From assembly GCA_030141605.1 (NCBI GenBank), contig JAQGDQ010000109.1, forward strand, positions 1 to 64,000: a stretch of DNA of 64,000 nucleotides. Direction: 5' to 3'. The position numbers were made by a program, and so were the translations under genes. Under the pieces are notes generated by a model. The model saw only the letters and a list, made by a program, of their open reading frames with translations. It ran no database searches and had not been told where the DNA came from. Each line of letters opens with the position of its first letter. Position 1 is the stretch's first letter. The stretch comes from Tubiluchus corallicola. Its lineage: Eukaryota > Animalia > Priapulida. Of the stretch, positions 1-12,172 are shown in pieces.

Positions 1-95
1 TACTTCCTGACATGAACGCTCTCCTGCCACTCCCTGATGCCCCTGGCAATGGAGTCTTTCGAGTCGGTGCTACCCACAGAGGAGATAGACGATCG

Positions 96-266
96 TTGCA
101 ATAAATGATGAGATCTTGACGGTCTGCACCACTGGTGTTATTTACCAATACCATGGGGCATTCAGGTCATAGGACTATCTAATAATTGCAGTAAATGATG
201 AGATCTTGACGGTCTGCACCACTGGTGTTATTTACCAATACCATGGGGCATTCAGGTCATAGGACT
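96..266. repeat. 90-bp tandem duplication (2 copies)
   Basis: TTGCA(A/G)TAAATGATGAGATCTTGACGG...GGTCATAGGACT occurs at 96-176 and again at 186-266, nearly identical. Confidence 0.9.
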
Positions 267-484
267 CATTATTTAAATTGTTGCATTTTTTTCTGCTCTG
301 CTTCCGGCAAATGCAATTATCGCATTGCAAGCGGTCACGTGACCAGCACAAATCAATAACAATCCACAGGAAGTAATTTTGTTGTAAACTAGATGTAAAC
401 TTAAACTAGGCTTGACAGCTGACAGAATAGCAATTATTTCTGAAACGAAAGCATGTCGAACTGCCTAAAATTAAACGTCTGTAA

Positions 485-603
485 ATGGCTGTCCATGAAT
501 GGCTTCCCACCGCCATCTCTCATAATCGCTCACGTCATGTGATGTATCAAGGTCACTATCGACATACGTGTCCGACAAAATCTGCTCCCGTTCCTCCTGA
601 ACA
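485..603. repeat. 119-bp direct repeat, copy 1 (copy 2 at 1888-2006), flanking the zinc-finger array
   Basis: ATGGCTGTCCATGAATGGC...CCTCCTGAACA, about 5 mismatches between copies. Confidence 0.9.
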
Positions 604-844
604 CGGCGGACGCATCAGTTGACGCACCTCTTTAATTGACCTCAATGTACATACTCAACATTGTCATCAATCTCACCAAGTCTGTGATATTTGAGAGTCA
701 GCTGATTTTTTACTGCATTGCACATGATTCATAGAGCTGTTGAAGGAAAAAGACGAAATATGTCGTAATTGTGGCTTCCTAGACGTTTCCAACGTTGCAG
801 TGAGACACAGTAGGCAGAATATGTGAAATTTTTCAGGTTTTAGA

Positions 845-1655
845 ATGTTAATGAAACCCCACAAATGTGACTTATGTGACAAATCATTCTCTTGGCGAGG
901 TCATCTTTTCAGGCACATGAACACTCACACTGGAATGAAGCCCCACAAATGTGACTTATGTGACAAATCATTCTCTTGGCGAGGTCATCTTTTCAGGCAC
1001 ATGAACACTCACACTGGAATGAAACCCCACAAATGTGACTTATGTGACAAATCATTTTTTCAGCAAGGTCATCTTCTCAGGCACATGAACACCCATACTG
1101 GAATGAAGCCCCGCAAATGTGACTTATGTGACAAATCATTTTCTGTGCGATGTAATCTTCTGAGTCACATGAACACTCGTAGAATGAAACCCCACAAATA
1201 TGACTTATGTGACAAATCATTTGCTCAACGAGGTAGTCTTCTCAGTCACACGAACACCCATACTGGAATGAAACCTCACAAATGTGACTTATGTGACAAA
1301 TCATTTTCTCGGCGAGGTCATCTTTTCAGGCACATGAACACTCACACTGGAATGAACCCCGGCAAATGTGACTCATGTGTCAAATCATATTCTGGAATGA
1401 ACCCCCACAAATGTGACTTATGTGACAAATCATTTTCTGAGCGAGGCAGTCTTCTCAGTCACATGAACACTCATACTGGAATGAAACCCCCCAAATGTGA
1501 CTTATGTGACATCATTTGCTCAACGAGGTAGTCTTCTCAGTCATACGAACACCCATACTGGAATGAAACCTCACAAATGTGACTTATGTGACAAATCATT
1601 TGCTCGGCGAGGTCATCTTCTCAGTCACATGAACATTCATACTGCGGCATGCTGA
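845..1655 (+). pseudogene. C2H2 zinc-finger tandem array exon (about 10 fingers, several degenerate), frameshifted
   Basis: 84-bp repeats encode KPHKCDLCDKSFxxxxxLxxHMNTHTGM. AG acceptor-like sequence upstream (ttttcag/ttttag, about 830-843). A 2-nt deletion near 1511 (GAC-ATCATTT vs GACAAATCATTT) shifts the frame, and fingers continue to TGA at 1653-1655. One finger has C>Y, one lacks the second His, one is truncated. Confidence 0.8.
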
Positions 1656-1887
1656 CATGGTGAGATGAAAATTACTGTTACACGTTTGGGTTAATGGGTA
1701 ACAAAAAAGTTTCTTGTGTGAAACTACTCCAACTAGTCAGAGGAGGAGGAAGAGGGTGACTTGTCCTGACCGCCCTTTAGGAAACACGACTGGAGCACCT
1801 CTGACATTTCATTGTCTTACTGTAGGAGATTACAATAAGTAATTGTAGAGAAATAAGACATACCGAAAACATCTTAATCTGAAAACC

Positions 1888-2006
1888 ATGGCTGTCCATG
1901 AATGGCTTCACACCGCCATCTCTCGTAATCGCTCACGTCATGTGATGTATCAAGGTCACTATCGACATACGTGTCCAACAAAATGCGCTCCCGTTCCTCC
2001 TGAACA
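1888..2006. repeat. 119-bp direct repeat, copy 2
   Basis: Matches 485-603; minus strand reads VQEERERILLDTYVDSDLDTSHDVSDYERWRCEAIHGQP. Confidence 0.9.
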
Positions 2007-2110
2007 TTTTTAACCTGTTTTAGTTTACTGAATGAGCGCTCTGCAGCGGCTACAGCAGGTATTGTGAGAAGAATATGCATCTCTAGGTAGGGCAACTGAT
2101 TCAGATCCAC
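2007..2110 (-). mobile_element. hAT transposase C-terminal dimerisation-domain fragment
   Basis: Translation ILLTIPAVAAAERSFSKLKQVKN matches the hATC motif LLTIPxxxAxxERSFSxLKxxK. Confidence 0.75.
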
Positions 2111-2489
2111 ACGAATACTGGTCATGCCAACGTACAAAACTTAATATTTATGGGCCCGGGGACATCGTACCCCTCTTCTTGGGCATGACCCGAGAGAAGT
2201 ATTTGGATATGAAAATGACACAACTCGTTCGAGCAAAATAAGCTTAATGGTTAGCAAGGGAACCGTCAGTTCAAAAGAATAACAGTAAAATGAGTAAATC
2301 ACCAGCGATATTCTCAACCTTTTTCATAATCGTCTGGCATAATAGCTCAGGGAAACAGCAACTTTTCTTTTACACCTGTCACAGGTGCTTTTGTAATCAA
2401 GACACGTAATCAGAATATGGAAAGGGTACCTAGTTTAGGCTCCGTTGCAGACATTAGTTGTAGGCATCCATACGGCTTCGGCAGGCGCT

Positions 2490-3264
2490 GTAGTTCAACT
2501 GGATAGACCCAGAGTGTTCCTCCAGAACACGCCGGACATGCTCCTGCTCCTCTTCCCCCTCATCTGAACGAGACCGCCGCCTGGGACGGCCAGGCGACGG
2601 TAACCAGGGGTATCCAGGAAGAGCAAACCCATGCTCCTTCCTGAAACGAATGCCCTCCTGTCACTCCTCGATACCCCTGGCAACGGAGTCCTCCGAGTCA
2701 CTGCTACCCACGGAGGAGGTCGACGAACAATGAAGCTCCTCAGGGTGGAATGCCTGTGGGTAGCAGCCCGCCTCACAAACATCTGGTCCAACTGGAGCTC
2801 CATGCTCCTTCCTGAAACGAATGCCCTCCTGCCACTCCTCGATACCCCTGGCAACGGAGTCCTCCGAGTCGCTGCTACCCACGGAGGAGGTCGACGAACG
2901 ATGAAGCTCCTCAGGGTGGAACGCCTGTGGGTAGCAGCTGTAGTTCGACTGGATACGAGGTCTTCATATGTGGAAGACCCAGAGTGTTCCTCCAGAACAC
3001 GCCGGACATGCTCCTGCTCCTCTTCCTCCTCATCTGAACGAGACCGCCGCCTGGGACGGCCAGGCGACGGTAACCAGGGGTGTCCAGGAAGAGCAAACCC
3101 ATGCTCCTTCCTGAAACGAATGCCCTCCTGTCACTCCACGATACCCCTGGCAACGGAGTCCTCCGAGTCACTGCTACCCACGGAGGTCGACGATCGATGA
3201 AGCTCCTCTGGGTGGAATGCCTGTGGGTAGCAGGCTGCCTCACAAACATCTGGTGCAACTGGAG
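2490..3264 (-). pseudogene. Internally duplicated, decayed coding exon of unknown function (acidic/Ser-rich)
   Basis: GC-rich block after acceptor ttgttccag at 3265. Frame reads PVAPDVCEAACYPQAFHPEELHRSSTSVGSSDSEDSVARGIVE*QEGIRFRKEHG...RSDEEEEEQEHVRRVLEEH. The module recurs 3 times (TGG at 2832-2834, TGA at 2661-2663 and 3131-3133). A diverged fourth copy at 1-95 keeps this frame with mostly conservative changes. Confidence 0.5.
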
Positions 3265-4654
3265 CTGGAACAATGTGCTAAAAATAAAAAAGCAATAATT
3301 TAGTTTACACAAAAGTACTACACTGTATATACAAAATAGAATCTAATATCGGGTGGCACAGAAAAAATGCACCGAAGTTTTGATTACAATAATATCAAAA
3401 GCAAGTGCCCTACAAACACATGGCTGAAGTTTCTCTGTATTAGTCCTTCCATGTAAGCTTTTGCAGATTAAAAATTTAATTATCCAAACAATAATTATCC
3501 AAAGCTAATAATCAACTGAAAAAAAACAGCCAGGTTGATGTATAAAGTATGCAATGGATGGCAGCACAACATGGCATTATAATGCTTTAACTTTTGACTA
3601 TAAAAGTTTCAAGTTTTAGTTTTTTCGAATTATGGCCATAAAACTTTTGCAGATCAAACATCGAAACAATGTCAACTAGGCGCATACAAAAAACAGTTAC
3701 AGACAATGTATTAAGCCTTTAACAGGGGCAGCAAACTATTCATTTACTCATATATACGCAGCAGAATTATACCAGAGTCAACAGATCTTAAACATCTTGA
3801 CATAGAACATTTGAAACAACTTAAACGGAAAATGCAAGAAAATCGCACAGAGCCCTTTTGATGCAGAAGAGGAACAAAAAGCAGAAAGTATTGAGCTCTA
3901 GCTGGGACCAAATAGCCCTTTTTAGAACAGTCTTCAAAGAAACGCCTTCCTTTTTGATATACTTGTCGAATGTCCACACACTTGGCATTTGCCACACAAA
4001 ACACAATCTGTACTAAATGGTTCAATTAATTTGTTTATAGTATGAACTGTAAATATACAGTTTGCCAACTATACTTTTAGGCAGGCCTAATTCTGCCAAA
4101 TCCTTGTACAAATATACAGTTTGCCAACTATACTTTTAGGTAGGCCTAATTCCGCCAAACCCTTATATGTACAAATATATAGTTATCTTTCTTATTATGG
4201 TGTAATAGTTTACAAATTCTTAATAAGAACAATGGCATGAGTTTGGTAAATGTCTAATGATATCAGAAAACTTTATATCATTTTTAATAAGAAAAAATCA
4301 ACTTTTTCATTGGTCATAAATCAATTTAAAAACCTCTTCTATTCAATTTTAAATTCATCAGCACTTTTTGTTGCTAATAGATTTGAAATGATTTGTCGTC
4401 GTCATCATCGTCTTCTTCGTTGTCGTTGTCTAGGTGCTTTTACATTTCAAAACAGGGCATTTCTGTCAGGCCATTTTAAAATCTAACAATTTTCTATAGA
4501 GACGTCTTTGAAAAGAGTCAATTTCTTTCTGCTGTTTCACTGTAATACAGGTAAATCTTAAAGGTACCTAATAAAGAATCAGAATCTTGGAAAGGAGTAG
4601 GGATATGGCACTTGGACATATGGCAAAACTTGTACAAGGGGTAAGAGAGTTTAA

Positions 4655-5120
4655 GAGAAAACCGGACCCAATCTTAAACTGCAGGTCAGAACAATTTACT
4701 CCTTAAAATATTGAAAGAGAACATATTATTTTTTAAAGAATGACTTACGTCAAAGAATTATTACCACACAAACGCAATTTCGCATTGGCGTGGCTAGTTT
4801 TTCGCTGTGACATATTTCGCTATTCGTTAGTTAGATGATCACTAGCGCATGCACTTTGGAAACGCGTAGCATAAAAATAAGTGCTGTAGTTCTCGCTTCA
4901 GAGGTGTTCGTTTCTGACGTAGTACACACGTTCGACAGCCCATATCACAGCGGTAAATTTAAAATTTGAATTTTTACCTTAAAATTTATCAAGTTTTTAT
5001 ACATTACAGTAAATGTCATACAGTAGCACAGTACTTCAATGTTCGCTTTCGTAAACACGTTTAGCACGCTCATGGAATGTTTGTGCTATTGTCAAATTAT
5101 GTTCGTTTGTGACGTCGTCA
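4655..5120 (+). mobile_element. Dispersed non-autonomous repeat family A, copy 1
   Basis: Alignable by eye with 37037-37275 (same strand) and 19280-19725 (inverted), e.g. AAGAATTATTACCACACAAAC and TTCGCTGT(G/T)ACAT. Confidence 0.7.
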
Positions 5121-5881
5121 CTAGTTGGGCTCCCAGCCGTTAATTGTTTTTAACCTATTGTTTAATTATCAGAAACATCATTATAGGCGTCAAAATGTAT
5201 ACATTTTGACCGTACTTCAAAATGGGATAGGATATGAAAAGTCGTCTGGCTTTAAGTTTGAACAAGCGTCAATCTAGACCAGTTAGAACTGATTTCTCAT
5301 GAAGTAGCAGCGGTTCTAGACCCAGCCTGATACTCAGTGCGTAATCCTTAGTAATCAAATTGTACGCAACAATCCCTTAGCGGACGCTAACGACACTAAA
5401 CAAAGAAGTGCTTCTTTATGATGTGCTAATGGCAATTTAGCATACTGGTCTCACCTCTGTGAGTTTTCCCCTAGGGATGAAGAACTACTACGTATTTATC
5501 TGTGCGTAAATCAACAACGAAATTTCGCTGTCTTTGATCTTATCAGCTCTAGGCTTGACTCTAGGTGTTAAACAGGTTTCATATCACGTGAGCTGCAGTC
5601 TCATGCGGGTACACGCCTACGCTGACCGCAATTGTGGTATAAAGCCACATACCAAATACCAAAAAGAAGCAGCCAATGTGGTTTTTGTCCAATATTAGTT
5701 TCGCACTTTAACAACTGGACATTGTGTTGCAGCATTAATATAAAAAATTGAATATTTCAACTTACTTTTCAACTATTACACCATACTATAGTACACAAAA
5801 CTATTGTTAAGCTAATTCCAGCCTGTCAGAAGCTAGAATTTCTCCTAACGTTGGACAACCGAATCTCTTTTTCCACTAGAT

Positions 5882-6895
5882 GGCTAACAAAATGGAGTGA
5901 AAAAATCAGCATATGACGCTAACAAAATGGAGTGAAGAAATCAGCGTATGAGGCTAACAAAATGGAGTGAAGAAATCAGCGTATGAGGCTAACAAAATGG
6001 AGTGAAGAAATCAGCGTATGAGGTTAATAAAATGGAGTGAAGAAATTAGCGTATGCGGCTAACAAAATGGAGTGAAGAAATTAGCGTATGCGGCTAACAA
6101 AATGGAATGAAGAAATCAGCGTATGAGGCAAACAAAATGGAGTGAAAAAATTAGCGTATGAGGCTAACAAAATGGAGTGAAAAAATTAGCGTATGAGGCT
6201 AACAAAATGGAGTGAAGAAATCAGCGTATGAGGCTAACAAAATGGAGTGAAGAAATTAGCGTATGAGGCTAACAAAATGAAGTGAAGAAATCAGCGTATG
6301 AGGCTAACAAAATGGAGTGAAGAAATTAGCGTATGAGGCTAACAAAATGGAGTGAAGAAATCAGCGTACGAGGCTAACAAAATGGAGTGAAGAAATCAGC
6401 GTATGAGGCTAACAAAATGGAGTGAAAAAATCAGCATATGACGCTAACAAAATGGAGTGAAAAAATTAGCGTATGAGGCTAACAAAATGGAGTGAAGAAA
6501 TCAGCGTATGAGGCTAACAAAATGGAGTGAAGAAATTAGCGTATGAGGCTAACAAAATGAAGTGAAGAAATCAGCGTTTGAGGCTAACAAAATGGAGTGA
6601 AAAAATCAGCGTATGAGGCAAACAAAATGGAGTGAAGAAATTAGCGTATGAGGCTAACAAAATGGAGTGAAGAAATCAGCGTACGAGGCTAACAAAATGG
6701 AGTGAAGAAATCAGCGTATGAGGCAAACAAAATGGAGTGAAGAAATTAGCGTATGAGGCTAACAAAATGGAGTGAAGAAATCAGCGTACGAGGCTAACAA
6801 AATGGAGTGAAGAAATCAGCGTATGAGGCTAACAAAATGGAGTGAAGAAATCAGCGTATGAGGCTAACAAAATGGAGTGAAGAAATCAGCCTATG
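5882..6895. repeat. 35-bp minisatellite, about 29 copies
   Basis: Unit GGCTAACAAAATGGAGTGAAGAAATCAGCGTATGA, head to tail with no spacers. Confidence 0.97.
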
Positions 6896-9402
6896 CGTTT
6901 TCTTAAAATCTGTTGCAGGAAAATTGGAATTTATGCCCAAGAGTCAGAATAATTGCGTGCTTCTATATGATGTCTCAATATGTGACCTTGAATGTTCACT
7001 TTTACTCTTGCATATTCTTCGAATATCTACAATACCAATTAGAGCATATCTAACGTGTTCCGATTATCAGCAGAAACATATTCACGAAATAATATCCATT
7101 ATGCTCATTTTTCTCTCCCGAAAAAATCTTTTAATTTCTCGCTAAATTAAATCAACGCTTCCCACGTGGAAATTTTTCGCTTCATAGACAATTCCGTATG
7201 AAAACAGATTGTTTAATAGCAAATCAGCTCTAATCGCCCCATGGCAGCCTAGCCTACGCCACATTTACAACTCCTCGCACTATTTCAACACAAATTACGA
7301 TCATTTGGCTACATTGTGCATGCGGGAAGTCAAACATGAAATTGTGAACATCCAGGGCAACTCCATCAATATCTCCGGAAACCGCAGTAACGAATCAGGA
7401 ATAGAATTCTTCGAAAATACAGAAGTTCGTGAAAAATGTAGTAGAAAAATTCAGCAGAAACGAAACAGCTTCTACCTTTGCGTCCGTGTAAAGACATGCG
7501 TATTATTGCTTTTTTGTGTAAATGGCAACCATGACTGATAATACACAATAATATACACAATAACTTAAAAAACTTAAAAGGATATACATTTATAATTTTA
7601 GGAGAAAGTAATGTATTTTATAATTTTGTAGGAAAGCAGTGGTCAATGTTAATTTGGGAGAGAACTGCGGTTACATGTAATGATTAAAAAAATGCAATGA
7701 CTCAAAGCATGTGTATTAACCATTTGTGAACTAAAAGAAGATATTTGGAGCGTTTACTTCTATATAAGGACAGTTCTATCAGTAAAAGAGTATTTGTAAT
7801 TATTTAGTTTTGCAAATTTGTAAAAATTTTAACTAAAGAATTAAGATTAGGATTTTTAAAGCAGTTCTGTTCGCCAATCATGGACAACATAGTATGTTAA
7901 CACAATTTGAATTAATATGTAAAATGATTTTATCTTTATCCCTCTCTTGATCTACAACAGACACAATTAAATTACTAGTTTAAATTTTTTAAACTGCTTT
8001 TTAACAAAATTTATCGAGTATTGTAATACCTATATAGCTGTAAAGTGCAGCAAAATATTCAGATGGAAGACCTACGGCTTACCAGGCACTTGCCTGTGTG
8101 CAAATTTCTACCCAATAAAGTAGATATAGATAATAGTTATTAATGCAGTAATTTGAATTCAAACTGGCGCTTATCGGGGACAAAAAGGGAACTTACAAAG
8201 GTACTCAAAAAGCAATAGCTATAATGATGTTACAAATGCACTATCAATCAAGTTTTGATATGGCCTGGATTTGAACCAGGGACCTTCTGCTAACCTCGCT
8301 AATGCATATCCCAGTTGTCATTGCGGTCCACAATTCATACTTTATAGTTGGCCAACCAAATTCTGCGTTTCCAATGTTAGGTCGTTCACACGAGTGTGAT
8401 TCCAACTAATAATATTATTTCATTCCGACTTTTTCACGTTTCCTGTCTTTCAAATTTCGTACCAAATTTGCCATTAATATGGGTTTACACTCACTATGAA
8501 TAATAATTATCTTGACATTAAGGTTATAATAATTAACAATAGATATGATAGGTGCCCTGCGATACGCCTATTTTTGCTTCGCTCGGTAGACTATTATTCA
8601 AAATGCTGCATTGATCAAAGTCGAGTTTCAGAGAAGAATTTGGAATACCAATTGTCGTAATTTGAAAGTAATCTATCATAATGGAAACAGCAGACAAAGC
8701 AATGTCGCGACACAGACATGCAAAATGCATATGATATTATGGACGTCAACCTTGCGAGCGAAGTGCATATTGCATAAACATCAATGTTTAAGTAATGTTG
8801 CCTAATCACAATAATTATCTTTGATAATTTAACCAATTTTGACGGGACTTATCACTCAGACTAGTCTATTTGTCTAAGCAGATCAAAATTACTCTTATCC
8901 GATGATCGCATTGGTTCATAATTATTGGTGACTGCTCTAGTGATCAATAATGTTACTATTACCGGTCCAGCGACCTGCATTTTATCCCATTAGATTCGAT
9001 TACATTGGCCTGCGGGCTGTATGTACAATTTGGCTCGAGTCTTCATTATCAATTAAGTTTGTGTTACTACGCTGTACGTTAGTTGAGGGTTATCTAAGTT
9101 GCACAGTGTATGGTGTAACATTTGACTTCTCTGTTGTCTCCTGATTTATTCATTCAGTTAGTCATTCACTCACTTAATCTTTCAGTCGTTTGTTGTTTAA
9201 TTAATTTAACTGATTAATTGTTTCGCTCACCTATTCATTCATTCATTCGCTAATTCTTGACTTAATTAATTAACTAATTCATTTATTTACTTACTCAATC
9301 GTTTATTTATTCGATCGTCCATTCGTTCGTTCATTCATTCCTTCACTCACTCATTCACTCACACACTCACCCACAATACGGACATACTCACTCACAAATA
9401 CA

Positions 9403-9530
9403 CTCATTCATTCATTCATTCATTCATTCATTCATTCATTCATTCATTCATTCATTCATTCATTCATTCATTCATTCATTCATTCATTCAGTCATTCATT
9501 CATTCATCCATTCATTCATTCATTCCCTCC

Positions 9531-9607
<77 letters not shown>

Positions 9608-9650
9608 TCGTTCTTTTTTCTTTCTTTCTTTCTTGCTTGCTTTCTCTTCT
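9403..9650. repeat. Compound microsatellite (ATTC)n-(CTTT)n
   Basis: Directly visible. Confidence 0.95.
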
Positions 9651-10964
9651 TACCCATTCTAACTGTTCACCTGCCATTTCAAAAGATTATACGTAGGTAC
9701 ACGCATACCTTTCAGATAGGTACAACCAATCAGTGCACTTTCTATCAAGCTAACGGAACTGAATAACCTTTTCAGTTCAAGTGGCAAGTATATTGCAGTT
9801 ATTTAGTGTAATGCCTGAGATTAAACCGTTTGTCGGAACGTTTTAGACATTCAATACGAATTACTTTTTATTGTGAATTTCTTCACCGCGCTGGGTTGAA
9901 TACAGCTCGTTAATTAAAGCCTTGACGCGTCTTCAAGTGGTAATTAAAATGCTGCAAAGCTGTTCATTTGACCACAACATTACGGTTGCTTAATGTGGCA
10001 CGCAAATTGAGGCTGTCGCATCCGCTTTTAATGTTTTTTGAAATAACTGAGCGTTAGAAAGTGGATGAATGAATGGCAAGCTTCAAATAGCGTGCGTAGT
10101 CTGCGGATAACGTATGTTTACAAAATTTTCTGCATCCAAACACGAGATGTTATAGATTGCTGGCTTCCCAGACGATAAAAGCTTTGGCCTTTTAAATGGA
10201 CGATGGTCCAAGGTTCGTTTGTCAAATTAGAATCGAAAGTTTGCTTTTCTAAAGATTGTATTTGAAATAAATTACGCATTTAAATTCATACGTATTTTAA
10301 TATTTTACGTCATCTGTATTTAAATTATGGCATTGACTAAGAGAAATTCAAAACGTAATATAAAAAACAGACGTAAAGTCTCTCAGCTGAAACAGAAAAT
10401 TATTTGTTAATCCATTGGAATTTATTTTCTGAAGTCGAATATTAGATATATATATCGATATCAATCATACATGTTGCAGTGAACGAAAAGCCCTTCACTA
10501 ATTGACTCATGTTCCAAAGTCGTTTATTCTAAAGAGAAATAATAAAGAGAACATTAACAAGTAAGAAAGAGATAACCTGTTGGTCAAATGTGCTTTCATA
10601 GATTCATAAATCGAATTCACTAACTAAAATGGCCTGTTTGAATTAAATGAATTCACTTAATTTAATTATATAAATATAAACCTATATCGTTGGTTCTTCT
10701 CCTAAATATTTTCTAGCATCACCAAAGTGCTAATTTTGGCAATAACACCAGAAAGCGCTATTGTTAACAAACGAGATAACATTACTGTAAATACCGAAAT
10801 CGAAATACATCTCAACCTTTCAACTGCAACAGTGCATTAATTTTATAGTGAACGCTTAATTACAAAAAAATGGAAAATAATTGAACTTCAGAAACATTTA
10901 ATTTAAGCCTTTTTGGTCTTTTAAAGCCAGAATGACGATGATTTATCCGAAATGAAATGAATTA

Positions 10965-10989
10965 ATGATGATGATGACTGATGATGATG

Positions 10990-11042
<53 letters not shown>

Positions 11043-11290
11043 GATGATGATGATGATAATGATTGTCATGGTGATGATGATGATGGCGATACCGGCGGCG
11101 GTGATGGTGATGGTTCTGTTGCTATTGTGATAGTGGCGATGATGGTTGTGTTGTTGTGTTTTGGTGGTGATGATGGCGATGGTTGTGGTGGTGCTGGTGA
11201 TGATGATGGAGATGATACTGCTACTGTTTCTATTGATGATGATGATATTGGTGGTGTCGATGGTGATGGTATTGATGTTGATGATGTTAC
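10965..11290. repeat. (GAT)n/(GGT)n degenerate microsatellite
   Basis: Directly visible; produces a spurious poly-D ORF. Confidence 0.95.
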
Positions 11291-11922
11291 CGACAAGGAT
11301 AGTTTTTAATATATAAACGATTTAAGACTCGATTAAAAAACTGTCATTTATATAACGCCTTTTGTAACAGGCATTTATTCGAGAAAGTTCACTTCTTAGC
11401 TGTAATTAAATCCACCCTTGGCAACCTCCAGTCCGTGCAGTTTGCCCTTGAAATGATTTAATTAGACTCAAATAGCTGTTCAAAATTATAGGGTTATTGT
11501 GCTCAATGCTTTAGTAACCCAAAACTATTCTGTTAGATTAATGTACCATGTGCACTGGAAATGTGGAAACGTTTCTTCATTTTACAAATTATTTTATTGT
11601 AGAGATTTTACACGCTCATTTGTCTATAAAAAGGTTGCCATTCTCTCTTGAACGCTGGAACCAACTCTGGCCTCGAGACTACTAGAAGGGCAGGTGCGAA
11701 TTAGACGCAGTGCTTGGTTGGTCGCTGCAGTAACGCCACCACATTTGGTAAACCCATATGATTCTAAGTAAACGTAATTTTTTCGAGGATGTATAATATA
11801 GGGACACATTTGTCTTGTTAAACCAATAAAGTGCAGAGACGATAATCAATAAGTAACATTGTCTATGATTAAAACTACTACTGAGTCGAAACTACGCGTT
11901 TTGCCCGAGACATCATTTTTAC

Positions 11923-12172
11923 CATAAAAAACGTAATACCCTCTACAATCTGAATGAGTGTATGAAATATATTTTTATTTCAGAAGCTGTCACTCTAGCG
12001 GGCATCGTCAGCTGAAAATTACAGATGAAATTTTAAAACAGTGTATAACTGTTTACATACTGTTTTAAAATTTCATCTGTAATTTTCAGCTGATAAGGCA
12101 CGCTAGGGTGAAAGCTTCTCAAATAAAAATATATAATCATTGAGACCATAAAGGGTATTACGTTTTTTTATG
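11923..12172. mobile_element. About 250-bp imperfect palindrome (foldback/MITE-like)
   Basis: TCAGCTGAAAATTACAGATGAAATTTTAAAACAGT (12008-12042) is the exact reverse complement of 12059-12093. Outer arms CATAAAAAACGTAATACCCT and AGGGTATTACGTTTTTTTATG also pair. Confidence 0.75.

Noticed and set aside
2631-3200. 189-aa plus-strand ORF
   Set aside because: Antisense to the frame supported by the splice acceptor and conservative substitutions; open because of GC-rich duplication.
5882-6895. CRISPR-like array of 35-bp repeats
   Set aside because: Units are contiguous with no unique spacers, there are no cas genes, and the context is eukaryotic.
10965-11309. Poly-Asp and other homopolymer ORFs (also at 13.3, 16.1, 25.7, 26.1, 27.7, 33.4, 45.4, 48.0, 51.2, 60.0 and 63.3 kb)
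   Set aside because: Translations of microsatellites.
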